Shown here piece by piece: positions 46,696-58,801 of a stretch of DNA of 64,000 nucleotides. Each line of letters begins with the position of its first letter. Positions within the stretch are counted from its first letter, which is position 1. Origin of the DNA: Pavona decussata (lineage: Eukaryota); the NCBI GenBank assembly GCA_977016875.1, contig CDRNST010000013.1, positions 1,116,001 to 1,180,000 on the forward strand, given 5' to 3'. Both the position numbers and the translations under genes were made by a program. The notes beneath the pieces were generated by a model. That model did no database searches. It was not told where the DNA came from and saw only the letters and a list, made by a program, of their open reading frames with translations.

Positions 46696-48154
46696 TTGGG
46701 TTGTTTTTATTATCAAACTTGACATGGCTGCTTTAGCAAAGATTAGTTCACAAGGCACACAAATGTATCAAAGTACACCCATCATGTTAGCCATTAATAC
46801 TGTTTCTTCAATACAAGAAGTACAGATGGCACTGGATGCTAAAACATAAGAGGAAAAGATGGATCAAAAGTGGTTAGATTTGATCCATTTAATAAATTTC
46901 TGTCTGGGACTAATCGCTCAGGCTACAACATCGAAATGTGCTACTGAGATGGTGAAGGCTAATGTGCTGGCTCATCTTGGATGTGGTATGAGCGATGCTA
47001 AGAAGAGTTACAAAGGATTTTGCAAAATCTGCATAGATTTTTGCCAGACACCATTAACAGTCCCTCCTGGTTTTCCAAGGGTACAGTATACGTTAAAAGA
47101 TGTTCAACTGAGAAATCATCAGGCCCAAAAAAAGAACTGGGAGCTGAAGGCAGCCAATGCATGGCTAGAGTTGTTAGAAAGCGAAATACCGAAGAGAAGA
47201 ACAAAAAAAAGCTAAAGATTCCACCAAGAAAGTTAGTGAAAAAGAGTTACCTACAGGAACTAAAAGACGCAAACGGGCTTTGAAAGCATCCAAGTCACCA
47301 CAAACATGAGTTGTAGCTGAGGCACACAGCATGCCCCAAGTGAAACAGGTAAACATTAAAATATTATGAGTGAAAACGACTAAGCAAGAAGCAACAGCAA
47401 CAGTCACAACAGAGGCAGCAGTAGTTTCTCAGTGAGACCAGCAGCCAACAGACATAGATTGTCGAGATTTTTTTGGAGAGCACCAACTGGCCCAGCAAAA
47501 TGTCATACTGGAAAAACAGCTGACACAGCAGTCGGATTTTCAGCCTGACTTTGACCACCTATTTGAAAGCAGTTAAAGTCTTCATAGCCGATCAAGTCAA
47601 GACCATTGAAATGCTCATTTCTTCTTTTATAAGTTTTGAACTGTTATGAAATATTTGTCATGTGTTGTATTTATTAAACAGCTTAGAAACATCATTTTGT
47701 ACGTGTATTTTGAGTCAAACGGTATAAGAGGGTTAGTGTAAAATTGAATATATATATTTTTTTCACTGAAGTCTACAAGAGATGATAAACTTTGTTTAAA
47801 CACAATGAAGCTGATTAAAAAAATGTCTATGACTTGTCTTTAATTTTTTTTTCTCTTTCCCCTCAGTTAAATTATTGCATGGTGTACGCTTCTTAAAAGT
47901 TCTTTTAAAATGTTCCTTCTAACGCCTTCAATCTATCTTTCCTTTAAAGAGAAAAAAAGATGTTGATTATGACAAGGAATCAACATATGAACAACTTTGT
48001 GTTTGTGACTCCAGTTTCTAGAGAGTAATGTATTTAGAGGTTAATATGCATATAAATTTATATTTATATATAAATATTACTTTGCACAGTGGAATTCTAC
48101 CGGTATATTTCATAAGACCAGATGCAAACAAACCAGTTGAATTTACTGTTCACT

Positions 48155-48655
48155 CACTCATGGGGAATTTGTGTCAAACCAGTAGTTTGTCCATGATTGA
48201 TGCACCTGGCATTTCTGTCAGAAGAAACGTAATTATTTTCACGCCTTTATTCCTCAGGATAAATGGTATTATTTAAACTGCTTGTACACAAATTTGTATA
48301 ACCTGCTGAATGCAAACAACAATTGACAAGGGCACTTGAAAATCAGCGGGGTCTAGCTCTTGTGTAGAACTATTAAGTTAAGTGGTGCCTGAATTCAAAA
48401 GATGTCCAGTCACTCATGGGGAATTTGTGTCAAACCAATCGTTTGTCTTTGATTGATGCACCTACTACACATTTCTGTTAGTAGAAATGTATTAATTATT
48501 TTTTATGCCTTTATGCCTCAGGATAAATAGTACTATGTAAACTGTTTTTAAACAAATTTTTATAACCTACTGAATGCAAACAACAATCGATAAGGGCACT
48601 TGAAAATCAGCAGGGTTTAGATTGCGTGTAGAACAATTAACTTAAGTGGCGTTCA
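48155..48655. repeat. Diverged tandem duplication, period about 256 bp
   Basis: CACTCATGGGGAATTTGTGTCAAACC at 48155 and 48411, with colinear downstream sequence (..CTGAATGCAAACAACAAT..GCACTTGAAAATCAGC). Confidence 0.85.
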
Positions 48656-48989
48656 AAAGAAGACATGACCCGTTGTTTTGATTGACAGTAGGTCTTTTTG
48701 GCGGGAATACCCTAACATTATAAATAATGAACCCTTGGTTCATATTTTTTTCCACACTGTGCTGAGGAAGCTTTCAAAGTTAAGACAGACACTTCTTTTG
48801 TTTCTCTGTAAACACAAGTCGCCGACGGGAGAAACTTGCATTTTTGCATACGTTATTTCTTGAAAACGAAGAGGAAATCAGCGAAAAAATACAGAGCAAT
48901 GTTTCTAAACTGGAATGAAGTCCACATGCCAAATTTCAGTTACTTTTGAGCACATTAAACATCAACAAAAAACCGGGAGGACATTCTTG

Positions 48990-49500
48990 CCCTGAACCCT
49001 TCAATTGTTGAAGGCCAAGAGAATGAGTTCACAAGACAAAATCAAAAACGTCTAAAAGAACCAGTTAAAACACCACTTCCGTAGATGATAATGATGGCGA
49101 TTTTGAAAAGAACCTAATGCGTACAAGTAAATCCAATGCAAAAGCTTCATTTATGACCCTGAGTGACACAAAACTCCTCCAAAGATGTGTACAAGGAGCA
49201 ACCCAGAACCCAAATGAGGCTATAAACTCCGTGGTTTGACTGCACTCTCCTAAGCATAAGCATCACGGAGTCAAAATAATTCAATTTGCGACTGCATCTG
49301 CAGTATGCCACTTTCACGGAGGGGCTCTGAGCAGGAAAAGAGTCATGGAGACACTTGCCATTCCTGGTGGCACACATACCAAACACTCCTTTAGCTTAAA
49401 AGATAGGAAACAACTGCAAAAAGCAGATAGGCAAAGAGAAGAAGCGACACAAAGGGCAACAGCTAGTGCGAGTTCGAAGGAGTCACATATAAAGCTGGAG
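48990..49500 (+). pseudogene. Kolobok-like transposase C-terminal remnant
   Basis: RCVQGATQNPNEAINSVV*..PK..ASAVCHFHGG matches the TQNxNESxN..W motif. Confidence 0.65.
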
Positions 49501-50534
49501 GCTTTTGTTGATACTTTTCTTTGCTTCAAATAGCAAAATTATGGCTTTGTGACTCAAATTTTTACATCTTTAATTCATAAGCTTTCCAACCATACATAGT
49601 TTGCCATACTTTTGAGTCATATCTTGGAAGTTACGGTTATTTAAAAAAAGTCGCCTCTTTTAGGTAGACCCCGCCTTGCATTAAACCAAATAATCTGCTG
49701 AATGTAAATAAATGAAACACATGTTTTGACCTGCAGATGAAAGATCAAATACAAGAAAGATCCTCGCAGTTAGTATACAACTTAAATAGATCCGAAAAGA
49801 AAGCCTTAAAAAATTCAGGCTTGAATGGTAATCAAACCCATGACCTCTGCCAACTGGGAGATGGTCATATTGTGAGTTCGTAATATACCCATGAAGGATG
49901 AATAAATTAATGTAAATATATAAAACATATATTTTCAACTGTGGAGGACAGATCCACAAAAGCTTCATACTTTGTGCATGATGGCTCTGAGATGAACCAA
50001 GTGACTTGCAAACATCGACCCAGAGATCGTAGACAGTGAATTTGAGTGGTTTTTTTTGTTAACTACAAAGCTTTACCTGCCAGACAAATGTTACATGCAT
50101 GCAGTGTTGTTCGGCCTTCTGTCATAAGACGTGTCAGGATACCTGGGCAAAAGCTGGGATAGGTGTGGATATTACTATTTGCCATGTGAAAACCTAGAGG
50201 AACATGATGTTGAGATCAACGATTCTTGGAGTATAGCCAATCAAGACCACCAGAAAAATGAGACAAGATCCCCCAACGACGTTCCCCCCGGTCATGCCAG
50301 CAAGCCATATTCGGCACGCTTCAAGGAACAATTCATGCAGCTGAGAAACGTAATCAATGACATGCAAGGTATCAAAGAACTGTTATCGTTTCAGCCTACA
50401 GGATATTCCGAGACAGTGAAGGAGTATTTTCACATTCAGAACACTTCAGAATTCCAACAAAAACTCGCCTTATTATGCGCCCATTTGCAGGAAGGTTTTG
50501 AACTTGAGAAGATCTTTCTTCTTGTACGATTTGA

Positions 50535-51653
50535 TAAACCAAGAAGATTTGAAGTTATGACCGAAGTTTTGGGCAAACTGAACCGGCGTTTAAAGCGAAA
50601 GGGGAGACAAATTTTGTTGTTCATGGATAATGCTCCCTGTCATCCTCAAAGCCTAACAGGGCAGTTTTCGAACATAAACGTCACATTATTGCCAAAGAAC
50701 ACCACTTCCAAAACCCAACCCCTGGACGCCGGCATAATTGCAAGCTGGAAAGTCAAATACAAGAGGAGACTGCTAAGACATGTTTGTGGCCAAGTGGATG
50801 GTGTAAAGAACACAACAGAGATTGTCAAGTCCATCAATGTACTGATGGCTATTGAATGGGGTAGGCAAGCATGGGACAAAGAAGTGCTCTAAAAAAAAAG
50901 GATTGTATCTGAAAGACGAAGTAATCGAAGACGACCCTTTGATGGAGAAGAACTGCATGATATGCAAACCCTTGTAAATCGAATCGACGACGGTGTACTG
51001 TGTGTGGTGATGACGATTTTGACAAGGAAGTAGAACAGCCAGATGTCAAGTCTTTAACAGAGGCACTTGAATATAGGGAGAAATTGAGAAAGTTTGCACA
51101 GTTTCATGGTTATCAGGAACTTGCCTTGTCTGTTTCGAAAACGAATGATTTAATTTGTGACTTGAAGCTCCATGCCCCACACAGACAAACAAATATTGAG
51201 GAGTATTTTAAGTAGTGGGACTTTTATAAACACTGAGACATGTACAGTATCTTGCTCGTTTGAACAATGTTTCTTTGGCTCAATTGTTAACGTAACGTTT
51301 TATTGCTTATTCAATTTTCGACAGATTATGAAAAACAAACAACAAAACGCTGCTGGAAACGTAAAATTTAATGTCGACCACAGTTTCCTGTAACAAGCAA
51401 GTTCAATTAGTCCTCTGTTATTGCTCTTCGTGTTTAAACAAACGACAGTTGCTTGATTATTGTATACTGTAATGATGAACTCTTGTTTTCGTTAACGTTG
51501 TGGGCTATTTTGTGTCTTCACACTTTATACAATTTGTAGTTATACTTAATAAAGTGAATATTCTACCATGCCTCGGGTTTACTTCCGACAAACCTCTATT
51601 AAGCGGCCACTAAGCAATTCCCTGAGGAAGGTCACTTAATAGAGGTTCAACTG
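50535..51653 (+). mobile_element. 5'-truncated pogo/Tigger transposon
   Basis: ILLFMDNAPCHP..LPKNTTSKTQPLDAGII..KYKR (DDE_1 domain); right TIR ..TAATAGAGGTTCAACTG followed by TA. Confidence 0.85.
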
Positions 51654-52475
51654 TATGTTAAAAGTATGTGAAAGTCTTTTCTTGTTGAAAAAATCATTAA
51701 AACCTTTGCCAGCATGAAATCCGGTCCTTTCTTGACTTTACAATGCTTAGTTTTGGCTGTTTCAGCGGGGTTAATTGTATGTGGCTTTGTCACTATTTTA
51801 GACACTTTACCAGGTATATCTGCTTAATATGGCAAAGAAGCTTTCACGGGGGAGTGTTTTATAAGTCACTGCTAGAGTCCGCTTGCTCCACCATTGTGGA
51901 CCCCATTGTTGGGTGCATATTGGTCTGTTTGAGAATGTTTCTGCTCACCCCTTCCGTAGCTTGAATCATTCGATGTAGACAAGCTTCTAAACGATTCATT
52001 CGGCCATTACGAGTGTAATTATGGGTTCTGCCACATTTTCGTTTTCTTCAGGTTTTTTCCTGGCTAAAGCTTGATGTCAATTTTCTGCATGTTCAATAAA
52101 AGTGCTAATTCCTTCGGCCCCTATCTTAGGTTTTCAAAAGAGTTCTACGTTGTCAAGAGTTTGTTGTAATCGAGACAGATTATCATTTTCTTGCAGTTTA
52201 TGTACTTTTAAGTAATTCAAATCCCCGTGTCAGCTGAGTCTGCCCATTGGCCAAAGGCAGGAGGCTACAGCCACTCTTACAGTCCATTTCTCTAATCACT
52301 AATTTGAATTTGTTAAAATATTTTGCAGCTTTGCAATCAGTCATGATGTATGTCTTAGTAAAAATGACAGTACATTTTACCATTCAGCTTCTTCTTTAGC
52401 CAAACCAGGGAGTGGTTCTTTATATTCTCTTTCGCAATGCATGTCGTAGAACTTGTTTTACTATCAATATATTAA

Positions 52476-54755
52476 CCCTTTCCCTATTAGACCGCCTTGT
52501 ACCACCCCATCAAATTTGTGACAAATTTCCTGGACCGCCCGAGACAAAAACGGACTCTCTATCCTTTCCAAGAGGTATAGATTTGTCCTTCATTGTTTTG
52601 CCATGAATCATTGTGTTTTAACTAATCAAATAGCGTCTAGTGCGCATAAATTTTCTGCTTGGTTACCCAAGCACATGGGTTGAAGACATTTTGAGTTTCA
52701 GTCTAAGAAAATGGCGACGCAATACGAAATCACTCGGGCAATATCACAAAATTTTCGGCAATTCTGACTCCGAAAACAAAGAAGGTTTAGGAGGAAATTC
52801 AGACATTGATTTCACTGATTTATCAAGCGAAAGTAGCGACGATGGAAACGGAGAAATTGGCGGTGAAATCGAACAAGAAGATGAAGTCCCGCTCAAATGG
52901 ACAAACAACTTCACGCCTATTACAGTTGAACAGTTTGTTTCACCGACTGAAGTTACATTTGCGATTGCAAATGACGCTCGAGAAATTGATATATTTATTC
53001 GCCTTTTCGGAGATGTGTTGGCCCAAATTGTCACTGAAACAAACCGCCCAACTTGCAAAATGGACAGGCGTGACAATTTCCGAGCTGAAAGCGTATCTGG
53101 GAGTGTGAATTATAATGGGACTAAATCCGCTGCCTTGCCTTGCCCATTACTGGTCCAGCAATCCTTTCCTTGGAAACGAAGGAGTAAAGAAAGTTATGGC
53201 CAAGAACTGTTTCGCAGAAATTGGTCGTTTTCTTCATTTCAACGATTCATTAGTTGAACTGCAGGGTGGAGACGAAAATCATGACCGGCTTTACAAAGTA
53301 TGACCAATTTTGACTGCCTTCAACAGGAAACTGCTTGAACTTTACAAACCGAAGCAAGACATTTCTCTGGACAAGGGCATGATTGCTTTCAAAGGCAGGC
53401 TGTCGTTTCGACAATACATGCCAGCGAAGCCAACAAAGTATGGGATAAAAGTCTGGCTTACCGCCGACTCTTCCAATGGCTTTGTTCTAAACCACAAGGT
53501 TTACCTTGGCAAAGAACGAAATGCTGCTCTCCATCATGGCCTTGGCTACGATGTGGTTACCGACATTTGTCTGCCATTCCTTGGAAAATTTCACAAAATT
53601 TACTTTGACAATTTTTTCTCTTCAACAAAGCCTTTGAAGGAACACAAGAGAGAGAAAACTTATGCATACGCGACAGTTCATCTCAACCGAAAGGGTTTAC
53701 CTCCATGTGCCAAATGCAAACTTGCGAAAGGAGAACAGGTTTCTATGGAGAAAGGAAACATTGTTTTCACCAAATGGTACGACAAGTGAGATGTTTGTGT
53801 TTTGTCTACAAATTGTGATCCGTTGCATCCACCTTGTGTTATTGAGCGAACTGCAAGAGGTGGAAATGTTACTCGTATTGTGAAACCAGAAGTTGTCGCC
53901 ATGTACAACGAGCACAAGAGCGGTGTTGATCATTCTAATCAACACTGCTCTTACTACAGCACTTGCCGTCCATCTCAAAAATGGTACAGATATATCTTCT
54001 GGTTCACTTTCGAAGTGGTTCTTGGAAATTCATTTATCTTGGACAAAGAGAATGTACAACGACAAAGATGACCATCTGAGCGCCGGTTCCGTTGGGAAAA
54101 CAACTGATTGGTGGCTTCTCCAGTCGAGCAGAAAGCAGAAAAAGCCAAAGAAAGCAGCTTCACTTAAACCTTGTATCAGTCCAGAAAATGCTGCTGGGCG
54201 TTTTTCTTTCACGAAGGGAAGGAAATGCTCGTTAACGACAATGTGGGCAGTGCAAAAGGGATGGCAGGAAAACAAAAAGCAATCTTGCAAAGGAAACCAT
54301 TTTCGAGTGCGCACAGTGTGATGTTGCCTAGTGCAAAGAACGGTGCTTTCTGTGCTTCCATTCATTGTGAAACTGTTAAGGATTTTCGAACTTCTATACA
54401 TTTTGAATTTATCCAGTATTTTTTAGCGTTTTTATTATATTTTACAAGCTAAAAAATGTGGAATGTGATGACCAATGAAACTATTGATGCTGTAATGGTG
54501 GCAAATTCAAAAAAGTTTGAAAAATGCATTTTTGAATCTCAAAATTTATTAATTTTGGGGAACTGTTCTCCATTGCATGTAGTGACAATAAATTGTTATT
54601 TGGCTTTCACAATCTGTATGTTTCAGTACCTCTACTGCCCTAGAAATCTACTGAGCATGTATGTTTTGATTTTGTGTACAATTTTGCAAGGAACTCTCTG
54701 ATGAGCTCAGGAAATAAGAGAAGTTTGCTTTTGGGCGGGGCTAGTAGAGAAAGGG
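52476..54755 (+). mobile_element. piggyBac transposon with decayed PGBD4-like transposase
   Basis: TTAA|CCCTTTCCCTATTAG ... CTAGTAGAGAAAGGG|TTAA; SLD(E)GMIAFKGRLSFRQYMPAKPTKYGIK, FDNFF, YN..GVD, C-terminal Cys-rich domain; several stops and frameshifts. Confidence 0.92.
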
Positions 54756-54779
54756 TTAAGAATAATGAGTTCTCCGCGT

Positions 54780-55550
54780 TCGTTGACAGCGGACCATCTT
54801 TTCCAAATTTTTAGTAGAAAAGGATATTGCTGAAATCTCAATAACTTCTTTGTACATGCAGATGGTTCGAAGTCCTTGCAAGAACAAAGAACATTTCCCA
54901 AGAGATCATTTCGAACCACATCAGCAATTGTTTTCACCACATTGTTAACTGTAAAAACTTGTAAATTATTCTTGATGATGAATTCGGTCAGTAAAGGTGC
55001 AAACTCATTTAATCTGTCTATGCCTGTAGTCAACGACTTTTACTGTGAAGGCTTTTATGCAGGTAGCAATTTATACTTTCTTCTCCATGCTCGTCTTTTT
55101 GACCCATTAAGATATTATTGCGTATCTTGATTTCTTTCTTCAACAGTGTTCCTCTGGGATGCAAATCGATCAGAACATGAAAATGCAATCCCTCAACAGA
55201 GACCATCCTGACTTTGATAAACTGTTCAAGATCACACCAATAATCAAAGTCTTCAAAAATTCCTATCAAGATAATTACAACTTGGGCCAGAATGTGAGTG
55301 TAGACGACACCATGGTAAAAAGAAAGGCCCGGAATCCCTTGATACAATATATGCCAACAAAGCCAGTGAAAAGAGGATCAAAGTTGTGATGCATTGGCTG
55401 CTCCTGCTGTGCTTATCTAAGGGATTTTCAAATTCACACCGCAAAAGAAAAGGCAGCATGGAAAAAATCTTTCCAGTAGAGTTGTATGTGAATTTTGCCG
55501 CCCTGCTCTAGACAACCATGGACATGTTGTCTCATTGATAACTTTTTTAC
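54780..55550 (+). pseudogene. Second, older piggyBac transposase remnant
   Basis: DKLFKITPII..VSVDDTMV..QYMPTKPVKRG and LIDNFFT; cut off by a LINE at about 55555. Confidence 0.75.
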
Positions 55551-56617
55551 GGTTAAGGGTCTTAACAATGGGCTTGAGCTGGCTGAGGATTTTAGATATT
55601 TAGGTGTAATTTTCTCATCACATATGACCTGGTCAGATCATATTGATGAGTTATCTGCTGAGATCAATAAGCACCTTGGCCTGTTTAAACGGGTCAAACA
55701 CCTGCTATGCTTTGATCAGCTGTTGTACTTGAATACCTTAGTGTTGCTGTTGTTTGATTATGGAGTGTGAGGGGACAAAAATAACTCCACACTCATACAA
55801 AGCTTGCAAGTGCTACAGAATAAAGCTGCTAAGATCATTGTTGACTGCTCTCTTCACTCTTCAGCCACCTTTGCTCTGAAGGCTCTCTACTGGCTTGACC
55901 TATGCCAACATAGGCATTATCACCATTGTCTTGATATTTACGATTGTAAAAATAATCTCCTCTCATCTTAATCTGACCTCTTTGAAAGATAAGCACAAGT
56001 ATAGTATACCTAATGGCAATGATTTCCATTTTCCCACTAATAGAACTCATTGGGGTAAACAGGGGTTGGGTTTTCATGGCTTTAACATCCCAGTCAACAA
56101 AACCTTCAGGCCCTCTGGGCTGCTCAAGGTGAAGTCAGGAGTTGCTAGATGCTGTGACAATGACTAGTGGTCGCACCTTTGCACCAGCTTTCAGTTAGCA
56201 GCAGACATTGGAAACGTCAGAGCCATGTATGATGGAATCAAGAAGGCCCTTAGCCCAACAGAAATCAGCACCACTCAAGTCGTCCACTGAAGAGATTATA
56301 CAAGATTGAGCACAACAGATGGAGCGCTGGGTAGAGCACTACTCTGAACTCTACTCCAGAGAGAACATCATCACAGACAAGGCCCTAAGTGTCACTGAGT
56401 GCCTACCAATAATGCAAGAGCTTGACGCAGAATCAACTATCGGCCCATTGAAGAAGACTTTGAATTGCCTTTTTCAGGAAAGGCACCAGGGAAAGAAGGC
56501 ATCCCACCAGAGATTGCGAAGCTCTGCACTGAATCCCTACTCACAGGACTTCATGCAATCCTCTGCCTCTGCTGGCGGGAGGGTCAAGTCCCATGGGACA
56601 TGCAATATCAAAATATC

Positions 56618-58801
56618 TGTGGTACGTAGTTTACCAGGTATTTGTTTTCTGCACGTTCTGTATTTGGTATTCTTATTGTTTTATACAATAAGGTGGTGTT
56701 GTTACAGGATACGTGTTAATTGCATTCATATATAAGGTTGTTGTCAGTTAGTTTTCTTCCTTCGGGTCTGTTAACGCCACACGCTACACGACTGTTCTTT
56801 AACTTAAGCGAACATCCGAACGTTGGAGTTTGAGATCCTTCTGTCAGTGCTGCTATACAGTCTGCTGTTTCTGAATCGATAGGTCCTTCAACTGATTAGC
56901 TCACTTAGATTATTGAATCTTGGCTTAACGGTTTTGCAAAGCGATTTTCCAAGGAAAACAGTTCGTCCATTGAGCAAGCAGTCAAGAAAGCTCAGTGCGA
57001 ACATTATACCTGTAAAAGGAAAGGAAACCAGCAGCAGTTGGATCATTCTCTCCGGGTGCTGGATAAACTAGACAAAGCGGATCTTGTGTCTTATAGGGGG
57101 CCTCGATCGATGGTAACGGTCGGTAGGTCGGTCGAGTCACGGTCGACTGACGGTTGATATCTCGGTCGATGTATCCACCGAGTATCGGTCGATTGTCAGT
57201 CGAGTAGCGGGCGAGTATCGATCGAGCATCGGCCGCTATATAGGCGATGTATTGACCGGTCATTGGATCACTTTCGGTCGAGAGATTGACCGACAGTCAG
57301 TCGCGACAGCATCGGCAGTGTGTCGGCAATATATCGGTGAACTGTCGGTCAAGTATCGGTCTATGCATCGGCCGATACTCGATCGACACGAAAAAGGAAC
57401 AAGGATTTTGCTTTGTTCTAAACTGGTTAAACTGGGACACTACAGTGTAATGCGCTGGCATATTTTTGCGCGTTTTCTTGACCTAATATGGTAAAATGAT
57501 GCAATAGTGCAAGAATAAAATGAGATAACGACAGACTATCGACCAACTATCGGTCGTTATTATATTGGCCATCAACTGATATGACGACCGATATAGCAGT
57601 GTGCTATGTACACGAATGTCGATCGAGATAAGGACAAAGTGTCGAAAAACATATTGATAGAATATTGACCAATGTATCGGCGGATAGTATCGGCCGGTAA
57701 GCGGTAAAATATCGATGAAGTGTCGGTGTATTGATATCTATATCGGCCGACAGCCACCTCGGTTGATACGATGACTGCCATAGCGGTACAACATCGACCG
57801 AGCCATCCCCAATTATCGACCGAGTAGCGACCGAGATATCGACCGTCAGTCGACCGTGAGTCGACCGACATATCAACCGTTACCATCGATCAAGGCCCCC
57901 TATAAGACACAAGATCCGACGAAGCTTCCAATGCTCACAAGCTGAAATCGTACAAGAAAGTAAAAGTTCGGGTCTGCTAACGCCACACACTGCACGACTG
58001 TTCTTTTATTTTTATGTTGTGGATTTTTTTTTTCATGTCATTGTGTTTTTTACCTTTTTTCAGTGTGGGGATTTTGGTCATTTGAGCATGGCATGAATGA
58101 AACCTGGGGACGCTTCAAAGCGTAACGCTCGTCGTGATTGACTAGATGGTGGCTGGTTGACAACTGATGATGCTGATGTTCAAGTTGAGTGTAATGTTTT
58201 ACTTATTGTCTTCTAGTAGTGACAAATTTAGTGTTAAAGGCGGTACCAATGGCGTCAAAGGTCGCTTGACGTCCTTGCTCAACTTCTGGGTTGAAACTTT
58301 AGATGCTTCAGGTTTTGTCCTTGACATGATTAGGCATGGTTACAGGTTACCATTTCCGGAGTATCCCTCTCAGTGTTTTCTAAAGATCAACAGATCTGCG
58401 CTTCTGCATCCAGAGTTTGTGGCCAAAGCAATTAGCGAGCTTCTTAGTTACGGTTGTATTGTTGAACATGACTTTCCTCCATTCTGTGTGAATCCTTCAA
58501 CAGTCACGGAAGGGAAGAAGTTGCATCTTGTTATTGATCTTAGACATGTCAATAATTGTTTAGTTAAACCCAGATTCAAGTATGAAGACTTGCGTTCGCT
58601 TTCCCAAGTTCGAAGTGAAGGACACTGGTTTTTCACATGGGATCTTAAGTCTGGCTACCATCATGTGGACATATGTCTCAATCACCAAAATTATCTAGGT
58701 TTTGCTTGGCCTTTTCAGATGGCCTGTTAGATATTTTACCTTTGCAGTTCTTCCTTTCGGTCTCAGTAGTGCTTGTTTTTGTTTTACTACGTTGATGCGC
58801 C
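56618..58801 (+). mobile_element. DIRS/Ngaro-type tyrosine-recombinase retrotransposon fragment (gag and N-terminal half of RT)
   Basis: gag-like ..CKRKGNQQQLDH..LDKLDEAS; RT GRL..FW..VLDMIRHGYRLPF, LVIDLRHVN, WDLKSGYHHVDI, LPFGLSSA. Confidence 0.8.
57079..57917. mobile_element. MITE with ~90-bp TIRs and 8-bp TSD (Merlin-like termini)
   Basis: GGATCTTGTGTCTTATAGGGGGCC ... GGCCCCCTATAAGACACAAGATCC; flanks GACAAAGC / GACGAAGC (7/8); many TCGGTCGA / TCGACCGA motifs. Confidence 0.85.

Noticed and set aside
49690-49970. tRNA-like / SINE-like repeat
   Set aside because: B-box-like remnant only; boundaries and class cannot be supported.
50131-50892. 253-aa ORF as a real fusion protein
   Set aside because: GTG start; only the part after about 50535 is Tigger-like. 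It looks like a chance in-frame junction with unrelated sequence.
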